IMG/VR virus record: IMGVR_UViG_3300042549_004104
Coordinates: 327,353-359,563 of that record
Direction: 5' to 3' (one strand)
Length of the DNA stretch: 32,211 bases
From: a virus
Taxonomy: Duplodnaviria; Heunggongvirae; Uroviricota; Caudoviricetes
The notes beneath the pieces were generated by a model. That model worked only from the letters and a program-made list of their open reading frames with translations. It searched no databases and was not told the origin of the DNA. Positions 31,716 through 32,211 of this stretch are shown here, in pieces; the stretch's first letter is position 1; every line of letters starts with the position of its first letter. The position numbers were made by a program, and so were the translations under genes.

Positions 31716-31958
31716 TACTATATGAAAATACATTAGGGTGTTTAACAGAAATAACAGTTTTGATCCTGCCCTACCGTGCCGTCCACGGACTTGTCTGTTA
31801 ACCACATTACAGCCTGATTTCCCCGTCACGTTCAACTGCATAGCCTAAGCTATCGTTCATACGCTTCTTGTACTACTAGCAGAGCCAACCCGTCAGTTGG
31901 TAATCCTCTCTAATAGATACCTAACGGATCAGGTAACCTAATGCGTTTTCATATAGTA
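31716..31958 (-). ncRNA. Candidate 243-nt multi-branched RNA with 22-nt closing stem
   Basis: TACTATATGAAAACGCATTAGG / CCTAATGTATTTTCATATAGTA; inner TGATCC/GGATCA, CCAAC/GTTGG, ATAGC/GCTAT and CCGTG/CACGG stems. Confidence 0.55.
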
Positions 31959-31993
31959 CCCTGAACTTAACAGGGACTATATGACAATTAATT

Positions 31994-32005
31994 TTTTAAA
32001 GAACA
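31994..32005 (-). promoter_or_regulatory. boxA-like antitermination element
   Basis: TGTTCTTTAAAA versus rrn boxA TGCTCTTTAACA (10/12), in the tRNA-operon leader. Confidence 0.55.
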
Positions 32006-32110
32006 GTTGGCTGAGACCGGCTCATTTAATGTTTCCTGCTTAACTTTTTGCTATTGCTAGCGTGTCTCGCTTTTTGAAACAACCTGTTGATTTCTCAACT
32101 CATTAAATGT

Positions 32111-32139
32111 ATTATACATCTAATCGGATTTGTTGTCAA
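32111..32139 (-). promoter_or_regulatory. Sigma70-type promoter of the tRNA operon
   Basis: TTGACA-17-TATAAT. Confidence 0.88.
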
Positions 32140-32211
32140 ACTATTTGTGTTGTATTTTTACATCACTAACATTTCTTCAACTCACCTATGAATCAATCTC
32201 TCAACTCATTA

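Noticed and set aside
31752-31772. Plus-strand aacagttttgatcctgccc resembles the 16S rRNA 5' end (AGAGTTTGATCCTGGCTC)
   Set aside because: Similarity stops after about 12 nt, there is no rRNA body, and it is on the strand opposite the operon.
31383-31841. 152-aa minus-strand ORF in the track
   Set aside because: Runs through four tRNA genes and the 243-nt element; incidental reading frame.
31716-31958. tmRNA, RNase P or SRP identity for the 243-nt element
   Set aside because: No tRNA-Ala-like ends or tag ORF, no correctly ordered GAGGAAAGUCC/ACAGAA motifs, no SRP GGAA-loop helix.
1-32211. Cellular (bacterial chromosome) origin suggested by iscU, rpoZ, ppiC and tRNAs
   Set aside because: Housekeeping-like genes are out of their usual operons (no gmk/spoT, no iscRS-hscBA here) and are mixed with fibre genes, T4-type late motifs and dense tiny ORFs; a phage origin fits better, though no capsid or terminase gene is in this window.

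Overview
This window looks like part of a large lytic tailed-phage genome, probably T4-like/myovirus-type with a proteobacterial host; taxonomy and host are inferred. (1) 49-7831 (+): iscU-iscA-erpA Fe-S assembly genes, then two long Gly/Thr/Asn-rich tail-fibre-like genes behind T4-type late-promoter motifs. (2) 7874-21562 (-): about 45 mostly small ORFs behind 13 near-consensus sigma70 promoters (TTGACA-17-TATAAT type; 17 such promoters in the window), including an AAA ATPase, a GIY-YIG nuclease, a PBP7-like DD-peptidase and two phosphatases. (3) 21619-32211 (mostly -): a TROVE/Ro60-like vWA protein (DUF2828-type), rpoZ, ppiC, two 2OG-Fe(II) oxygenases, and 20 tRNA or tRNA-like genes. The strongest unexplained signal is a family of five non-coding elements. 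Each has a 5'/3' closing stem (covarying between copies) followed by an invariant CAGCAA, and encloses a variable structured insert (total length 56-240 nt). Three sit in tandem directly upstream of the Ro60-like gene and two sit inside the tRNA operon. This suggests a phage Ro60-like protein with its own Y-RNA-like partners, which is inference and untested. Nearly every spacer of the tRNA operon carries further structured elements. All structures and coordinates were derived by hand, with no folding or database searches.
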